From NCBI GenBank assembly GCA_964561375.1, contig CAZLPK010000002.1, positions 7,106-71,105 of the forward strand: a stretch of 64,000 bases of DNA, given 5' to 3'. Origin of the DNA: an uncultured Novosphingobium sp. (GTDB lineage: Bacteria > Pseudomonadota > Alphaproteobacteria > Sphingomonadales > Sphingomonadaceae). This document shows, piece after piece, positions 1 through 11,408 of the stretch. A program made the translations under genes and the position numbers. The notes under the pieces were generated by a model. That model was not told the origin of the DNA and did not search any database. It saw only the letters and a program-made list of their open reading frames with translations. Every line of letters begins with the position of its first letter. Positions within the stretch are counted from its first letter, which is position 1.

Positions 1-1
1 C

Positions 2-847
2 TTTCAGGACGGCTCTGTCGATGAAGCCGCCTTCCGCCGCCTGATTGACTGGCAGATCGAACAGGGTTCCTCCGCTCTGGTGCCATGCGGCACTACGGGC
101 GAGGCGCCGACGCTGTCCAATGACGAGCAGCACCGCCTGTTCGCGATCACTGTCGAGCAGGCCAAGGGCCGGGTTCCGGTGATGGCCGGCTGCGGCAGCA
201 ACGATACCCAGACCGCGCTGTGGCACATGCAGGAAGCAAAGGCGCTGGGCGTCGATGCCGCGCTGATGGTTGCGCCCTATTACAACCGCCCCAGCCAGGC
301 CGGGCTGCTGGCCCATTTCAGCTATCTGGCGGAAAAGGTCGATCTGCCGATCGTGCTTTACAACGTGCCGGGCCGGACTGTGACCGACATCAAGCCGGAA
401 ACGGTGATCGAACTGGCCCGCCGTTTCCCGGAACGGATCATCGGGATCAAGGATGCCAGCGGCGACATGACCCGCCTGACCGCGCACCGCATGGCGCTGG
501 GTGAAGGCTTTGCCCAGATTTGCGGCAACGATGACATGGCCCTGCATTACAATGCGGGGGGCGGGGTCGGCTGCATTTCGGTGACGGCCAACGTCGCGCC
601 GGGGCTGTGCGCCGAATTTCAGGCGGCCAGCCTTGCCGGGGATATGGCCCGCGCGCACCAGATCAACCAGCGGCTCTTTCCGCTGCATCAGGCGCTGTTC
701 ACCGATGCTTCGCCCGCACCGGTCAAATATGCCCTGTCCAGGGTGCTCGGCTGGATTGGCGAGGAAGTGCGCCTGCCGCTGGTCGTCTGCAGCGCGGAAT
801 CGCGCCGCGCCGTCGATGCTGCGCTGGAGCATGCCGGCCTCGTCTGA
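2..847 (+). CDS. dapA: 4-hydroxy-tetrahydrodipicolinate synthase (5' truncated by window edge)
   Basis: Frame is open from base 2 (FQDGSVDEAAF...); contains GTTGE, PYYNRP, LYNVPGRT and IKDASG motifs. Confidence 0.95.
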   Translation, partial: FQDGSVDEAAFRRLIDWQIEQGSSALVPCGTTGEAPTLSNDEQHRLFAITVEQAKGRVPVMAGCGSNDTQTALWHMQEAKALGVDAALMVAPYYNRPSQAGLLAHFSYLAEKVDLPIVLYNVPGRTVTDIKPETVIELARRFPERIIGIKDASGDMTRLTAHRMALGEGFAQICGNDDMALHYNAGGGVGCISVTANVAPGLCAEFQAASLAGDMARAHQINQRLFPLHQALFTDASPAPVKYALSRVLGWIGEEVRLPLVVCSAESRRAVDAALEHAGLV

Positions 848-962
848 TCGGCTGCGTGCCGGGTTGCTCGCGGCGTCCGTCCACAACTTGTCGCCAGCAA
901 AGAATTTGCTGGCCGCGGACCGCTTTGCAAATCGCGCCGGGATGCTTACATGCGCCTAGATC

Positions 963-1445
963 ATGGCTCGCCCAACTCACGCCCAGTTCGACAAGAAGAA
1001 GATCGTCGCCGAGAACCGGCGCGCACGGTTCGATTATCATATTGAAGATACGACCGAGGCGGGCATCGCCCTGACCGGAACCGAAGTGAAAAGCCTGCGC
1101 TTTGGCGAAGGCTCGATCGCCGAATCCTATGCCGAGGTGAAGAACGGTGAGGTCTGGCTGATCAATTCCAACGTGCCGGAATTCAGCCACGGCAACCGCT
1201 TCAACCATGAACCGAAGCGCCCGCGCAAGCTGCTGCTTCATGCGCGTGAGATTGATCGCTTTACCGGCGCGGTTGAACGCAAGGGCATGACGCTGGTGCC
1301 GCTGTCGATCTATTTCAACAGCCGCGGCCGGGCCAAGGTCGAACTGGCCCTGGCCAAGGGCAAGAACGTTGCGGACAAGCGCGCCACCATGAAGGAGCGC
1401 GACTGGAAGCGCGACCAGCAACGGATTATGCGGGACTACAAATGA
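963..1445 (+). CDS. smpB: SsrA-binding protein SmpB
   Basis: [42 protein letters not shown]. Confidence 0.97.
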   Translation: MARPTHAQFDKKKIVAENRRARFDYHIEDTTEAGIALTGTEVKSLRFGEGSIAESYAEVKNGEVWLINSNVPEFSHGNRFNHEPKRPRKLLLHAREIDRFTGAVERKGMTLVPLSIYFNSRGRAKVELALAKGKNVADKRATMKERDWKRDQQRIMRDYK

Positions 1446-2008
1446 GCAAATTTGTTTCCAGCATTTCCGGTTGGGCGCAGCGCAACATGCCCAAGCGCGA
1501 AGAGCTGGAGCACGTTCGCTTTGTCGGTCCCTTTGCCCGGCGACCGGAACTGTGGCGCTTTACCCGCCGGTCCGTGCCGCGCGGCGTGGCGGTGGGGCTG
1601 CTGATCGGAATTTTCGCGTTAATCCCGGGCATCCAGATCATTGGCGCCGCGCTGATGTGCGTGCCGAGCCGGGGCAATATTCCGCTGGCGGCATTGATGA
1701 CTTTCCTGTCCAATCCGCTCACGACCCCGTTGTTTCTGATCGCTTCGGCCTGGATCGGTAACGGGCTGGGCTATCATGCGGACCTCGACACGCTTTATGC
1801 CCTGATGGAGCGCGGGGCGAGCCTGCGCGAATGGGCGGTCTGGTTCTTCTCTGACGCGGCCCCTTCGATCCTGATTGGCTTGTTCACCATTTCGACCGTG
1901 GCAGCGGCAATCGGCTACCTCATTTCCTCGTTCCTGTGGAACTGGTGGGTCCGGCACAAACGCAAGGTGGCGCTGGAGCGGATCCGCGAAGCGCGGGGCA
2001 TCGAGTGA
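1442..2008 (+). CDS. DUF2062-family membrane protein
   Basis: [17 protein letters not shown] and FLSNPLT motifs; ATGA overlap with smpB. Confidence 0.8.
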   Translation: MSKFVSSISGWAQRNMPKREELEHVRFVGPFARRPELWRFTRRSVPRGVAVGLLIGIFALIPGIQIIGAALMCVPSRGNIPLAALMTFLSNPLTTPLFLIASAWIGNGLGYHADLDTLYALMERGASLREWAVWFFSDAAPSILIGLFTISTVAAAIGYLISSFLWNWWVRHKRKVALERIREARGIE

Positions 2009-4425
2009 GCGGCGCTTTGCCCGCCACCGGGGCGCGGCTGTCCGAGCGCCTGGTGCTGGGCGCGGCAATTCTGGCAAGTCTGGCGCTGGTCTGGTTCGCG
2101 ACGCGTGAGTGGGTGGCTGTCGCCGCTTTTGCCTCTGGCCTTGCCGCCTTCGCCGCCATGGCCTGGGCCCTGACCCGCAAGTCGCCCGAACAGCACGAGG
2201 CCGAATATGCTCTGCCTGACTGGTCGGTAACCGTCACCGCGATTGACCGCAGCGATGCCGCCATTGCCGTGACTGACCGGGCCGGTCGGCTGGTTTGCGC
2301 CAATCCGCTTTACGAAAAGTGGTTCACCGCCGCCCATGCGCCGCCGCGCTTGCCGGTCGATCCGGTCAGCCTGGAGCGCTTGGCCAAGGCAGGCCGCGCT
2401 GCCTGGCGCGACGGCAAGGGGCTGGCCGATGTCATCGAAAGTAGCAGCGGTGGGCGCTGGAAAGTCACGGCAATCCGCTCTGGCCGGGGCGACGATTACC
2501 TCGTCTGGACGATTGCCGCGATCACGCCGCCCGATCTGGTCGCGGAGCTGGTCCCCTATCTCGATGGCAAGCTGGGCCGTGCGCTCAGCCAGGCCGGGTT
2601 CTCGCTCGCCATTGTCGATCCCGATGGCAAGGTCCGCGCGGCCAGTTCCGGCTTTGCCCAGCGCGCGACCGGCGATGCAGGCGCGCTGCTGACCGGGCAG
2701 GAATTCACTTCGCTGCTGCGGCAGGATGAAAGCGACCGGATCACCTGGGCGCGCGAAGGTAGCAAGGGCGCGCCGCTCAGCCTGTTCTACGTTCCGGTAA
2801 TCGACCCTGACGCGCCGGGCGCAGTCGATTACGAAACCACGCCCTCGTTGATCATGATTGCCGATCATGGCGTCGGCATTGGCGGCGGCGGGAGCGAGGC
2901 AACGGCTGCCGTACCGCATCTTGAGGCACTGCTGGCCCAACTGCCACTCGGCCTCGCCATGGCTGACCGTGATGGACGGATGCTGTTTGCCAATGTCGCC
3001 TTTATGCGCGCTGCCGGGCGCGAGGGCGATCTGCCGCCGACCTATCCGACCGATCTGGTCGTGCAGGAAGACAAGGGGCCGATTGCCGATGCGATCCGCC
3101 GCTTTGCCCAGGGGCCTGCGGCAAGCGGCGACATCGCCGTGCGGCTGCGCAGCCAGCCGGAAGAACCGGTCAACCTCAGCCTCGCCGGGGTGCGCGGGCT
3201 GGGCGAGGCGGCGGTGCTGCTGGGCCTGACCGACACGACCGAGGAAACCCGGCTCAAGCGGCAGGTTGCCCAGGCAACCAAGATGCAGGCCGTGGGCCAG
3301 CTGGCCGGCGGGGTCGCGCATGACTTCAACAATGTGCTGACAGCGATTCTCGGCATCTGCGACCTGATGCTGCTGCGCCATACGCCGGGCGATAGCGACT
3401 ATGACGACATCCAGCAGATCCGCGCCAATTCCAACCGCGCCGCCAGCCTGACGCGCCAGCTGCTCGCCTTCAGCCGCCAGCAGACGCTGCGGCCCGAAGT
3501 CCTGCAATTGCCTGACGTCGTCTCCGATGTGTCGCACCTGCTCAAGCGGCTGATCGGGGAGAAAATCCAGCTGGTGGTCAAGCATGACCGCGATCTTGGC
3601 CCGGTCCGCGCCGACCCGACCCAGCTGGAGCAGGTCATCGTCAACCTTGCGGTCAATGCCCGCGATGCGATGCAGGCCAAGGGCGATGGCGGGGGCAAGC
3701 TCACTCTTGCCACGCGCAAGATCACGGCGGCCGATGTGCGGGCCATGCGCAGCGGGATCATGCCGCAGGCCGATTACACCGCGCTGGTGGTGGAAGACAC
3801 CGGTTGCGGGATTGCCGCCGATCACCTCGGCAAGATTTTCGAACCGTTCTTCACCACTAAGGAAACCGGCAAGGGCACCGGCCTTGGCCTTTCGACCGTT
3901 TACGGCATCGTCAAGCAGTCGGGCGGCTTCATCTTTGCCGATAGCGAAGTGGGCCGGGGGACCAAGTTCACGGTCTACCTGCCGGTCCATCACGTCGCCC
4001 CGGGCGAAGTCGTCGGCAAGGCGCTCAAGGTGGAAGAGAATCGCCAGTGGTCGGGCGGCGGCACGGTCCTGCTGGTCGAGGACGAGGACATGGTCCGCGC
4101 TGTGGCCGAACGGGCGCTGACCCGGGCCGGCTATACCGTGACCACCGCCAGCGATGGTGACGAGGGGCTGGACATCGTGCGCGGCGGCGAAAAGTTCGAC
4201 CTGATCGTCTCCGACGTGGTCATGCCGGCGATGGACGGCCCATCCATGGTACGCGGGATTCGTCAGATCGATCCGCAGATGCCGGTCCTGTTCATGTCCG
4301 GCTATGCCGAGGAACAATTGCGCAAGGAAATCGACATCACCGACGTCCATTTTCTGCCCAAGCCCTTTACCGTCCAGCAAATCACCGAAAAGGTCGGGGC
4401 CGTGCTGGTGATTGCGAAGGGCTGA
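2005..4425 (+). CDS. cckA: Hybrid sensor histidine kinase CckA (TM-PAS-HisKA-HATPase-REC)
   Basis: QLAGGVAHDFNN H-box, NLAVNARDAM, FEPFFTTK, GTGLGL, C-terminal receiver domain; GTG start overlaps the upstream TGA; lies directly upstream of recA as is typical. Confidence 0.88.
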   Translation: MSGALPATGARLSERLVLGAAILASLALVWFATREWVAVAAFASGLAAFAAMAWALTRKSPEQHEAEYALPDWSVTVTAIDRSDAAIAVTDRAGRLVCANPLYEKWFTAAHAPPRLPVDPVSLERLAKAGRAAWRDGKGLADVIESSSGGRWKVTAIRSGRGDDYLVWTIAAITPPDLVAELVPYLDGKLGRALSQAGFSLAIVDPDGKVRAASSGFAQRATGDAGALLTGQEFTSLLRQDESDRITWAREGSKGAPLSLFYVPVIDPDAPGAVDYETTPSLIMIADHGVGIGGGGSEATAAVPHLEALLAQLPLGLAMADRDGRMLFANVAFMRAAGREGDLPPTYPTDLVVQEDKGPIADAIRRFAQGPAASGDIAVRLRSQPEEPVNLSLAGVRGLGEAAVLLGLTDTTEETRLKRQVAQATKMQAVGQLAGGVAHDFNNVLTAILGICDLMLLRHTPGDSDYDDIQQIRANSNRAASLTRQLLAFSRQQTLRPEVLQLPDVVSDVSHLLKRLIGEKIQLVVKHDRDLGPVRADPTQLEQVIVNLAVNARDAMQAKGDGGGKLTLATRKITAADVRAMRSGIMPQADYTALVVEDTGCGIAADHLGKIFEPFFTTKETGKGTGLGLSTVYGIVKQSGGFIFADSEVGRGTKFTVYLPVHHVAPGEVVGKALKVEENRQWSGGGTVLLVEDEDMVRAVAERALTRAGYTVTTASDGDEGLDIVRGGEKFDLIVSDVVMPAMDGPSMVRGIRQIDPQMPVLFMSGYAEEQLRKEIDITDVHFLPKPFTVQQITEKVGAVLVIAKG

Positions 4426-4462
4426 TTTTCAGGACACTATAAAAACACGGAAAAATCTTACC

Positions 4463-4497
4463 GTTCCCCTCTTGTTCCAAAAGAACAAATGAAATAC
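4463..4497 (+). promoter_or_regulatory. Alphaproteobacterial LexA (SOS) box upstream of recA
   Basis: GTTC-CCCTCTT-GTTC (4463-4477) is a perfect GTTC-N7-GTTC; a degenerate GAAC-N7-ATAC follows (4483-4497). Confidence 0.85.
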
Positions 4498-4549
4498 ACC
4501 ATGTGCAAGTTGACCTTCCGGGTTGGCTGGTTACGCAAGGGGAACTTCG

Positions 4550-5617
4550 ATGGCTGCTCAACTCAAGCTGATTCAGGAAGGCAAGGACAACATGGACCGT
4601 CAAAAGGCGCTCGAAGCAGCGCTGGCGCAGATCGACCGGGCGTTTGGCAAGGGCTCGGCAATGAAGCTGGGCTCCAAGGAAACGATGCAGGTAGAGGCAG
4701 TTTCCACCGGCTCGCTGGGGCTCGACATTGCTCTTGGGATCGGCGGCCTGCCGCGCGGTCGCATTATCGAAATCTACGGTCCGGAAAGCTCGGGCAAGAC
4801 CACCCTGGCGCTTCACGCCATTGCCGAAGCACAGAAGACGGGCGGCACGGCAGCCTTCGTTGACGCGGAACACGCGCTCGATCCGGTCTATGCCAAGAAG
4901 CTGGGTGTCGACATTGACGAACTGATCGTCTCGCAGCCGGACACGGGTGAGCAGGCGCTGGAAATCGTCGATACGCTGGTTCGCTCCAACGCAATTGACG
5001 TGCTGGTGGTCGACTCGGTCGCCGCGCTGGTTCCGCGCGCCGAAATCGAAGGCGAAATGGGCGACAGCCACGTCGGCCTGCAGGCCCGCCTGATGAGCCA
5101 GGCGCTGCGCAAGCTGACCGGTTCGATCAGCCGCTCGCGCTGCATGGTCATCTTCATCAACCAGGTCCGCATGAAGATCGGCGTGATGTACGGTAACCCG
5201 GAAACCACCACTGGCGGCAACGCGCTCAAGTTCTACGCTTCGGTCCGTCTCGACATTCGCCGCACCGGCCAGATCAAGGATCGCGATGATATCGTCGGCA
5301 ATGCGACTCGCGTGAAGGTGGTGAAGAACAAGGTGGCCCCGCCGTTCAAGCAGGTCGAATTCGACATCATGTATGGCGAAGGCATTTCCAAGATCGGCGA
5401 AATCCTCGATCTTGGCGTCAAGGCCGGCATCGTTGAAAAGTCGGGCGCCTGGTTCTCTTACGACAGCATTCGCATTGGTCAGGGCCGTGAAAACGCCAAG
5501 ACCTATCTCAAGGAACATCCCGAAATCTGTGACCGGCTGGAAGCTGCGATCCGCAGCCAAACCGAAGGTCTTGCCGGGGAGATGATGACCGGTCCGGACG
5601 CGGAGGACGACATCTGA
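4550..5617 (+). CDS. recA: Recombinase RecA
   Basis: GPESSGKTT Walker [33 protein letters not shown]. Confidence 0.99.
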   Translation: MAAQLKLIQEGKDNMDRQKALEAALAQIDRAFGKGSAMKLGSKETMQVEAVSTGSLGLDIALGIGGLPRGRIIEIYGPESSGKTTLALHAIAEAQKTGGTAAFVDAEHALDPVYAKKLGVDIDELIVSQPDTGEQALEIVDTLVRSNAIDVLVVDSVAALVPRAEIEGEMGDSHVGLQARLMSQALRKLTGSISRSRCMVIFINQVRMKIGVMYGNPETTTGGNALKFYASVRLDIRRTGQIKDRDDIVGNATRVKVVKNKVAPPFKQVEFDIMYGEGISKIGEILDLGVKAGIVEKSGAWFSYDSIRIGQGRENAKTYLKEHPEICDRLEAAIRSQTEGLAGEMMTGPDAEDDI

Positions 5618-5723
5618 TCTCTGAGAGCTTCCGGACTGGTGGGCTGCCCGCTTGCCAGTATCGGGACTGAATGGAGGGCGCTCCACGTTCCCCGTAACCT
5701 TCGTGGAGCGTCCTCCTTACCAC

Positions 5724-5768
5724 AAACCGGCGCGGTGAGCTTACAGGCTCCCGCGCCGGTTCTGTTTC
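5724..5768 (+). terminator. Probable intrinsic terminator downstream of recA
   Basis: AACCGGCGCGG...CCGCGCCGGTT stem followed by CTGTTT. Confidence 0.5.
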
Positions 5769-5897
5769 GCCGCTTTCACTCAAGTTCAATTGAGCCGGCA
5801 ATTGAGCAAAGCCCCGCTTGCCTCAAATAGACTGGCTGCTGTCTATTTTAAGACAATTGCGGCTTGTACCTATGACAGTCAGTGCTAACCCAAAAAA

Positions 5898-6713
5898 ATG
5901 ACTACAGGATCAGATTGGCGCGAAGCAGTTGGGCGCACATGGGCGGAAAATTATCGCCTTACGGACCGCTCGTTTTCAGGTTTAACGGAGCGGCTGCTGG
6001 CCCGAATCGGCAATTGCGACGGGCAGACCGTCCTCGACATCGGGTGCGGTGCCGGTGAACTGTCGATTGCCGTAGCGCGCGGCAATAAAGGCGCGACTGT
6101 AGTCGGTCTCGACGTCTCGCCAATTCTGGTTTCCACGGCGATGAAACGCGGTGCGGAACACCCCAATCTGCGCTTTGAAGAAGCCGATGCCGGATCGTGG
6201 GTGCGGCCTGGCTTCAAGGCTGACAAGCTGATCTCGCGCCATGGCGTGATGTTCTTTGATGCGCCGCGCGGCGCTTTCTCGCACCTGCGCGATATTTCCA
6301 ACCCCGGCGCGCAGCTGATTTTCAGCTGCTTTCGCAGTCCCAAGCTGAACCCTTGGGCCAGCGATATTGCTGCATTGCTCAAGCAGCCGCCCAGCGCCGA
6401 TCCTTATGCACCCGGTCCGTTTGCATTCGCGGACCCGGACCATGTCCGCAGCATCCTTGGCGATGCCGGCTGGCAAAATGTCGAGATGGCGGAAGTCGAT
6501 TTCGCCTATGTCGCCGGGGTGGGCGAAGATCCGGTGCAGGATGCGCTGCAGTTTTTCAGCCGCATTGGCCCTGCTGCCTCGACCTTGCGCGCAATGCAGG
6601 GTGCAGAGCGCGAGCGGGCAGAGGGCGCGCTGCGTGACTGGCTGGAACGGCATCGCAGCGGAAACCTGGTCGCGATGGCCGGTGCGGCGTGGATTGCGAC
6701 GGCAAAAGCCTGA
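5898..6713 (+). CDS. Class I SAM-dependent methyltransferase
   Basis: VLDIGCGAG motif I, GLDVS, SRHGVMFF, PGPFAFAD. Confidence 0.88.
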   Translation: MTTGSDWREAVGRTWAENYRLTDRSFSGLTERLLARIGNCDGQTVLDIGCGAGELSIAVARGNKGATVVGLDVSPILVSTAMKRGAEHPNLRFEEADAGSWVRPGFKADKLISRHGVMFFDAPRGAFSHLRDISNPGAQLIFSCFRSPKLNPWASDIAALLKQPPSADPYAPGPFAFADPDHVRSILGDAGWQNVEMAEVDFAYVAGVGEDPVQDALQFFSRIGPAASTLRAMQGAERERAEGALRDWLERHRSGNLVAMAGAAWIATAKA

Positions 6714-6766
6714 AAACCCGCGCTTGACGCTTGCCGCTCGGCCAAGCGTGGCTTATCGGCGGCGAC

Positions 6767-9409
6767 ATGACCTCGACGAACGAAATCCGCCGCTCCTTCC
6801 TCGAATACTTCGGCTCGAACGGGCACGAAGTGGTGCAGTCCGCGCCGCTGGTTCCGTATAACGATCCGACGTTGATGTTCACCAACGCCGGGATGGTGCC
6901 GTTCAAGAACGTGTTCACCGGCCTGGAAACCCGCGCAACGCCGCGCGCGACCTCCTCGCAGAAGTGCGTGCGCGCCGGGGGCAAGCATAACGATCTGGAC
7001 AACGTCGGCTATACCGCGCGGCACCATACGTTCTTTGAAATGCTGGGCAATTTCAGCTTTGGCGACTATTTCAAGGAACAGGCGATCACCCACGCCTGGA
7101 CCCTGCTGACCCGCGAATGGGGCCTGCCCAAGGACAAGCTGCTCGCCACCGTCTATCACACCGATGATGAAGCGGCGGAGCTGTGGAAGAAGATCGCCGG
7201 CCTGCCGGAAGACCGGATCATCCGCATTGCCACCAAGGACAACTTCTGGGCGATGGGCGATGATGGCCCGTGCGGTCCGTGCAGCGAAATCTTCTTCGAT
7301 CACGGCGACCACATCTGGGGCGGCCCTCCGGGTTCGGCAGAGGAAGACGGCGACCGCTTCATCGAAATCTGGAACCTGGTGTTCATGCAGTTCGAGCAGG
7401 CCGCCGGGGAAATCGTCGCCGACCTGCCCAAGCCCAGCATCGATACCGGCATGGGGCTGGAACGCATCGCCGCCGTGCTGCAGGGCCAGCATGACAATTA
7501 CGATACCGACACTTTCAAGGCGCTGATCGCCGCATCGGTTAACCTCACCGGCGTGAAGGCCGAAGGGGAAACCCAGGCCAGCCACCGCGTGATCGCCGAT
7601 CACCTGCGCTCCACCAGCTTCCTGCTGGCCGATGGCGTGCTGCCCAGCAACGAAGGGCGCGGCTATGTGCTGCGCCGGATCATGCGCCGCGCGATGCGCC
7701 ATGCCCACCTGCTGGGGGCAAAGGATCCGCTGATGCACCGCCTGGTGCCCGCGCTGGTTGCGGAAATGGGTGCGGCCTATCCGGAACTGGGCCGGGCCCA
7801 GCCGCTGATCGAGGAAACCCTGCTGCGCGAGGAAGTTCAGTTCCGCCGCACGCTGGCCAATGGCCTGAAGCTGCTGGACGAAGCGACCGAAGGGCTGGGC
7901 GAGGGTTCCTCGCTGCCCGGTGAGACCGCGTTCAAGCTCTACGACACCTACGGCTTCCCCTATGACCTGACCGAGGACGCCCTGCGCGCCCGCGGCATCG
8001 GCGTGGACAAGGCCGGTTTCGACGCCGCCATGGCTCAGCAGAAGGCTGCGGCCCGCGCTGCGTGGAAGGGTTCGGGCGAAGCGGCCGACAGCGAAGTCTG
8101 GTTCGACATTGCCGAGCGTGAAGGCGCGACCGAATTCACCGGCTACACCGCCAGCACGGGCGAGGCGCAGGTCGTTGCGCTGGTTCAGGGCGGCAAGGAA
8201 GTGACCAGCGCCAAGGCGGGCGAGGCGGTGACCGTGATCACCAACCAGACCCCGTTCTATGGCGAAAGCGGCGGCCAGATGGGCGATGCTGGTACGATCA
8301 GCGGCAATGGGCTGAAGCTGGTCGTCACCGATACGGCCAAGCCGCTTGGCCGTCTTCACGCGCACCATGCCAAGGTGGAAGAAGGCACGATCAAGCTGGG
8401 CGATGTGGTCCGCCTTGACATCGATCTGGCGCGCCGCGACGCGATTCGCGCGAATCACTCTGCCACCCACTTGCTGCACGCTGCGTTGCGCAACCGCCTT
8501 GGCGGACACGTGACGCAAAAGGGCTCGCTGGTTGCACCCGATCGCCTGCGCTTTGACTTCTCACAGCCGACCGCGCTGACCGTAGAGGACATCGCCGCGA
8601 TCGAAGCCGAAGTGAACGCCGAGATTCGCGCCAACGATCCGGTCGTGACCCGTCTGATGACGCCCGACGACGCAATCGCCGCCGGGGCCATGGCGCTGTT
8701 CGGTGAAAAGTACGGCGATGAAGTGCGCGTGCTGAGCATGGGCCGCACCACCGACAAGACCTATTCGGTCGAACTGTGCGGCGGCACCCATGTGCGCGCG
8801 TTGGGCGATATTGGTGTGTTCCGCATCGTTTCCGAAAGCGCGGTCAGTTCTGGCGTGCGCCGCATCGAGGCGCTGACCGGGGAAGGGGCGCGTCAGTGGC
8901 TTGTCGGGCGCGAGGATGCGCTGAAAAGCGCGGCCAGCCTGCTCAAGACCACGCCGGACGATGTCGAAACCCGCGTTGCCGCGCTGCTGGACGAGCGGCG
9001 CAAGCTGGAGCGCGAACTGGCTGAAGCCAGGAAGGCCCTGGCCCTTGGCGGCGGCGGCGGTGCGGCACAGGCAGCCGATGAGGAAGTGGGCGGCGTGAAG
9101 TTCTCTGGCCAGGTCCTTGATGGGCTGGACCCGAAGGAACTGCGCGGCTTGCTCGATCAGGCCAAGCAGCGCCTTGGCTCGGGCGTGGCCGTGATCGTCG
9201 CGGTTAACGAAGGCAAGGCCAGCATCGCCGCTGCCGTGACCGATGATCTGACTGGCAAGGTCAGCGCTGTCGATCTGGTTCGCGCCGGTGTGGAAGCGCT
9301 GGGCGGCAAAGGCGGCGGTGGCCGTGCCGACATGGCCCAGGGCGGCGGTCCGGATGGTGACAAGGCCGATGCCGCTATTGCGGCGGCGAAGGGCGTGCTG
9401 GCCGGCTGA
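6767..9409 (+). CDS. alaS: Alanine--tRNA ligase
   Basis: [56 protein letters not shown]. Confidence 0.99.
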   Translation: MTSTNEIRRSFLEYFGSNGHEVVQSAPLVPYNDPTLMFTNAGMVPFKNVFTGLETRATPRATSSQKCVRAGGKHNDLDNVGYTARHHTFFEMLGNFSFGDYFKEQAITHAWTLLTREWGLPKDKLLATVYHTDDEAAELWKKIAGLPEDRIIRIATKDNFWAMGDDGPCGPCSEIFFDHGDHIWGGPPGSAEEDGDRFIEIWNLVFMQFEQAAGEIVADLPKPSIDTGMGLERIAAVLQGQHDNYDTDTFKALIAASVNLTGVKAEGETQASHRVIADHLRSTSFLLADGVLPSNEGRGYVLRRIMRRAMRHAHLLGAKDPLMHRLVPALVAEMGAAYPELGRAQPLIEETLLREEVQFRRTLANGLKLLDEATEGLGEGSSLPGETAFKLYDTYGFPYDLTEDALRARGIGVDKAGFDAAMAQQKAAARAAWKGSGEAADSEVWFDIAEREGATEFTGYTASTGEAQVVALVQGGKEVTSAKAGEAVTVITNQTPFYGESGGQMGDAGTISGNGLKLVVTDTAKPLGRLHAHHAKVEEGTIKLGDVVRLDIDLARRDAIRANHSATHLLHAALRNRLGGHVTQKGSLVAPDRLRFDFSQPTALTVEDIAAIEAEVNAEIRANDPVVTRLMTPDDAIAAGAMALFGEKYGDEVRVLSMGRTTDKTYSVELCGGTHVRALGDIGVFRIVSESAVSSGVRRIEALTGEGARQWLVGREDALKSAASLLKTTPDDVETRVAALLDERRKLERELAEARKALALGGGGGAAQAADEEVGGVKFSGQVLDGLDPKELRGLLDQAKQRLGSGVAVIVAVNEGKASIAAAVTDDLTGKVSAVDLVRAGVEALGGKGGGGRADMAQGGGPDGDKADAAIAAAKGVLAG

Positions 9410-9509
9410 GCGATCAGCCGCGCCGCCCACCCCACAGGGGGTGGGCGCGTTCCATTAAAGGTGCCTTGCTCGTTTTGACGTCGCGGTTGTCCTTTTAAGG
9501 AGCAACCCG

Positions 9510-11294
9510 TTACCCGTTGGTGCGTTCCCGCAGGGTGCTGGTGCGCAGCATCGGCTTTTCGTCCAGATCGCCTTCTTCCATGATCTTTTGGCGCATTTCG
9601 TCGCGCTTGCCATGAATGCTGGCAATCACCGGCCCCATCGGCACGCCGATTTCGACCAGCGCGGCTTCGGACAATTGCAGCGATGCCTCCAGCGCTTCGG
9701 GAATGGCATGGTTGGCGCCTGCGCGGTAAAGCGCGGCGGCATTGCTGGTATCGCGGGCGCGGGCCAGAATCGGCAGGTCCGGATATGCCTGACGCAGTTG
9801 GCGAACCATGCGCAGCACGGCGACCGGCTCGTCCATGGTCAGGATCACTGCCCGGGCTTTTTCCGCATCAAAGCGCATCAGTGCGCCGCTTTGCGCCGCA
9901 TCGGCATATTCGACGCGAAAGCCCATGTTGCGCGCCTCGCGGACCTGATCGGCATCGGCGTCGATGATCAGGTAGGACTTGTCATGCGCAGCCAGCATAT
10001 CCGCGACCAGTCGCCCGACGCGGCCCCCGCCGATGATGAGGGTGCGATCGTGATTGCCATCGTCGGGCAGGTTTTGCAGCGCACCGATGTGGTCAACTCG
10101 GCGCGCCAGCCAGCGACCGAAAATGGCCAGTAGCGGGGTAACTGTCAGGCCCAGCGCGGTGACGATCTGCCAGAATTGCGCGGCTTCGGGCCGGATCAGA
10201 TTGACTGCCACGGCGCTCGACAGGACGATCAGGGTCGTTTCAGACGGGCTGGCCAGCAGAATGCCTGCTTCGGTTGCCGTACTGGTGCGAGAGCCGTGGA
10301 GGCGCAGGATCAGGCCGGTGACCAGTGCCTTTGCGGCGATGATCAGTGCGGTGGCGATCAGGATTTCGCCGAGACGTTCAACCACCAGGCCAAGGTCCAG
10401 GCTCATCCCGACGGTGAGCAGGAACACGCCGAGAGCGAGACCCTTGAATGGCTCGATGATCGATTCGACTTCGGCGTGATAGTCGGTTTCGGCAATCAGC
10501 AGGCCGGCGACCAGTGCCCCGACGATCGGGGACAGGCCGACTGCGCCGGTTACGAGGGCGGACACGATCACCACCAGCAGACTGGCGGCAAGGAACAGTT
10601 CCGGGCTTTTGGTGCGGGCGGCTTGCGCAAACAGGCGGGGCAGGGCGAAGCGGCCGATGCCCAGCAGACCGACAATCACCAGCGTGCCCATGCCGAGTGT
10701 ATGCAGAAAATCGCCAAAGCTGGTGGCTTCCCCGCCGCGGCCCATTGCGCCAAGCAGGAAGATGATCGGGACGAGGGCGATGTCCTCAAACAGGAGAGTG
10801 CCCAGCGCGGCGCGGCCAACCGGGGTTGCCGTATCGGCAATGCGCAGGACTAGCGCGGTGGAGGAAAGGGCAAGGGCAAGGCCCAGCGCCAGCGCGGTCG
10901 GCACCGAATTGCCCAAGGCCATCAGGACCAGCGCAATCAGCGCGCCGCCGCCGAACAGTTCCATCGGCCCGATTCGGAAAATCGTCCGCCGCATTTGCCA
11001 AAGGCGCTGGAACGACAGCTCAAGCCCGATCGAGAACAGCAGCAGGATGATCCCGAATTCGGCAAAGGGCGCCAGCCGCCCCGGGTCGCTGATCGTCACA
11101 TAGGAAAGCCACGGCAACTGCCCGGACATTGCGCCAAGGCCAAATGGCCCGACCAGTACGCCAACCAGAATGAAGCCGATGACCGGCGTAATGCGGAACC
11201 GCGCAAACAGCGGAATGACGATTCCCGCCGCGCCAAGGATGACCAGGGCATCGCCCAGGGAAGAAGTAGGGATGAATTCGGTGGGACCTGCCAT
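9510..11294 (-). CDS. CPA2 cation:proton antiporter (KefB/KefC-like) with TrkA-N domain
   Basis: AEFGIILLLFSIGLEL, LSSTA, LLFEDI, IEPFKGLALGVF; GGGRVG in the C-terminal domain. Confidence 0.88.
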   Translation of the reverse strand: MAGPTEFIPTSSLGDALVILGAAGIVIPLFARFRITPVIGFILVGVLVGPFGLGAMSGQLPWLSYVTISDPGRLAPFAEFGIILLLFSIGLELSFQRLWQMRRTIFRIGPMELFGGGALIALVLMALGNSVPTALALGLALALSSTALVLRIADTATPVGRAALGTLLFEDIALVPIIFLLGAMGRGGEATSFGDFLHTLGMGTLVIVGLLGIGRFALPRLFAQAARTKSPELFLAASLLVVIVSALVTGAVGLSPIVGALVAGLLIAETDYHAEVESIIEPFKGLALGVFLLTVGMSLDLGLVVERLGEILIATALIIAAKALVTGLILRLHGSRTSTATEAGILLASPSETTLIVLSSAVAVNLIRPEAAQFWQIVTALGLTVTPLLAIFGRWLARRVDHIGALQNLPDDGNHDRTLIIGGGRVGRLVADMLAAHDKSYLIIDADADQVREARNMGFRVEYADAAQSGALMRFDAEKARAVILTMDEPVAVLRMVRQLRQAYPDLPILARARDTSNAAALYRAGANHAIPEALEASLQLSEAALVEIGVPMGPVIASIHGKRDEMRQKIMEEGDLDEKPMLRTSTLRERTNG

Positions 11295-11342
11295 GGCTGG
11301 CACCCTAGGGCAGGGGCAAGCGCCTTGTCACGGGGCTGGATC

Positions 11343-11382
11343 AAAAAAGAAAACGGCGGCAGAAGTTTCCTTCCGCCGCCGT
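11343..11382 (-). terminator. Intrinsic terminator of icd
   Basis: Minus strand ACGGCGGCGGAAG-GAAA-CTTCTGCCGCCGT followed by a T-rich run. Confidence 0.8.
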
Positions 11383-11408
11383 CATTCCGGGTAAGCTGAT
11401 GTTGAAGC

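Noticed and set aside
1915-8518. Long antisense ORFs (1915-4380, 4382-5686, 6506-8518; likewise 32855-34159, 51052-52458 and others)
   Set aside because: They are shadows of well-conserved genes on the opposite strand, expected from high-GC codon bias, and carry no recognisable motifs.
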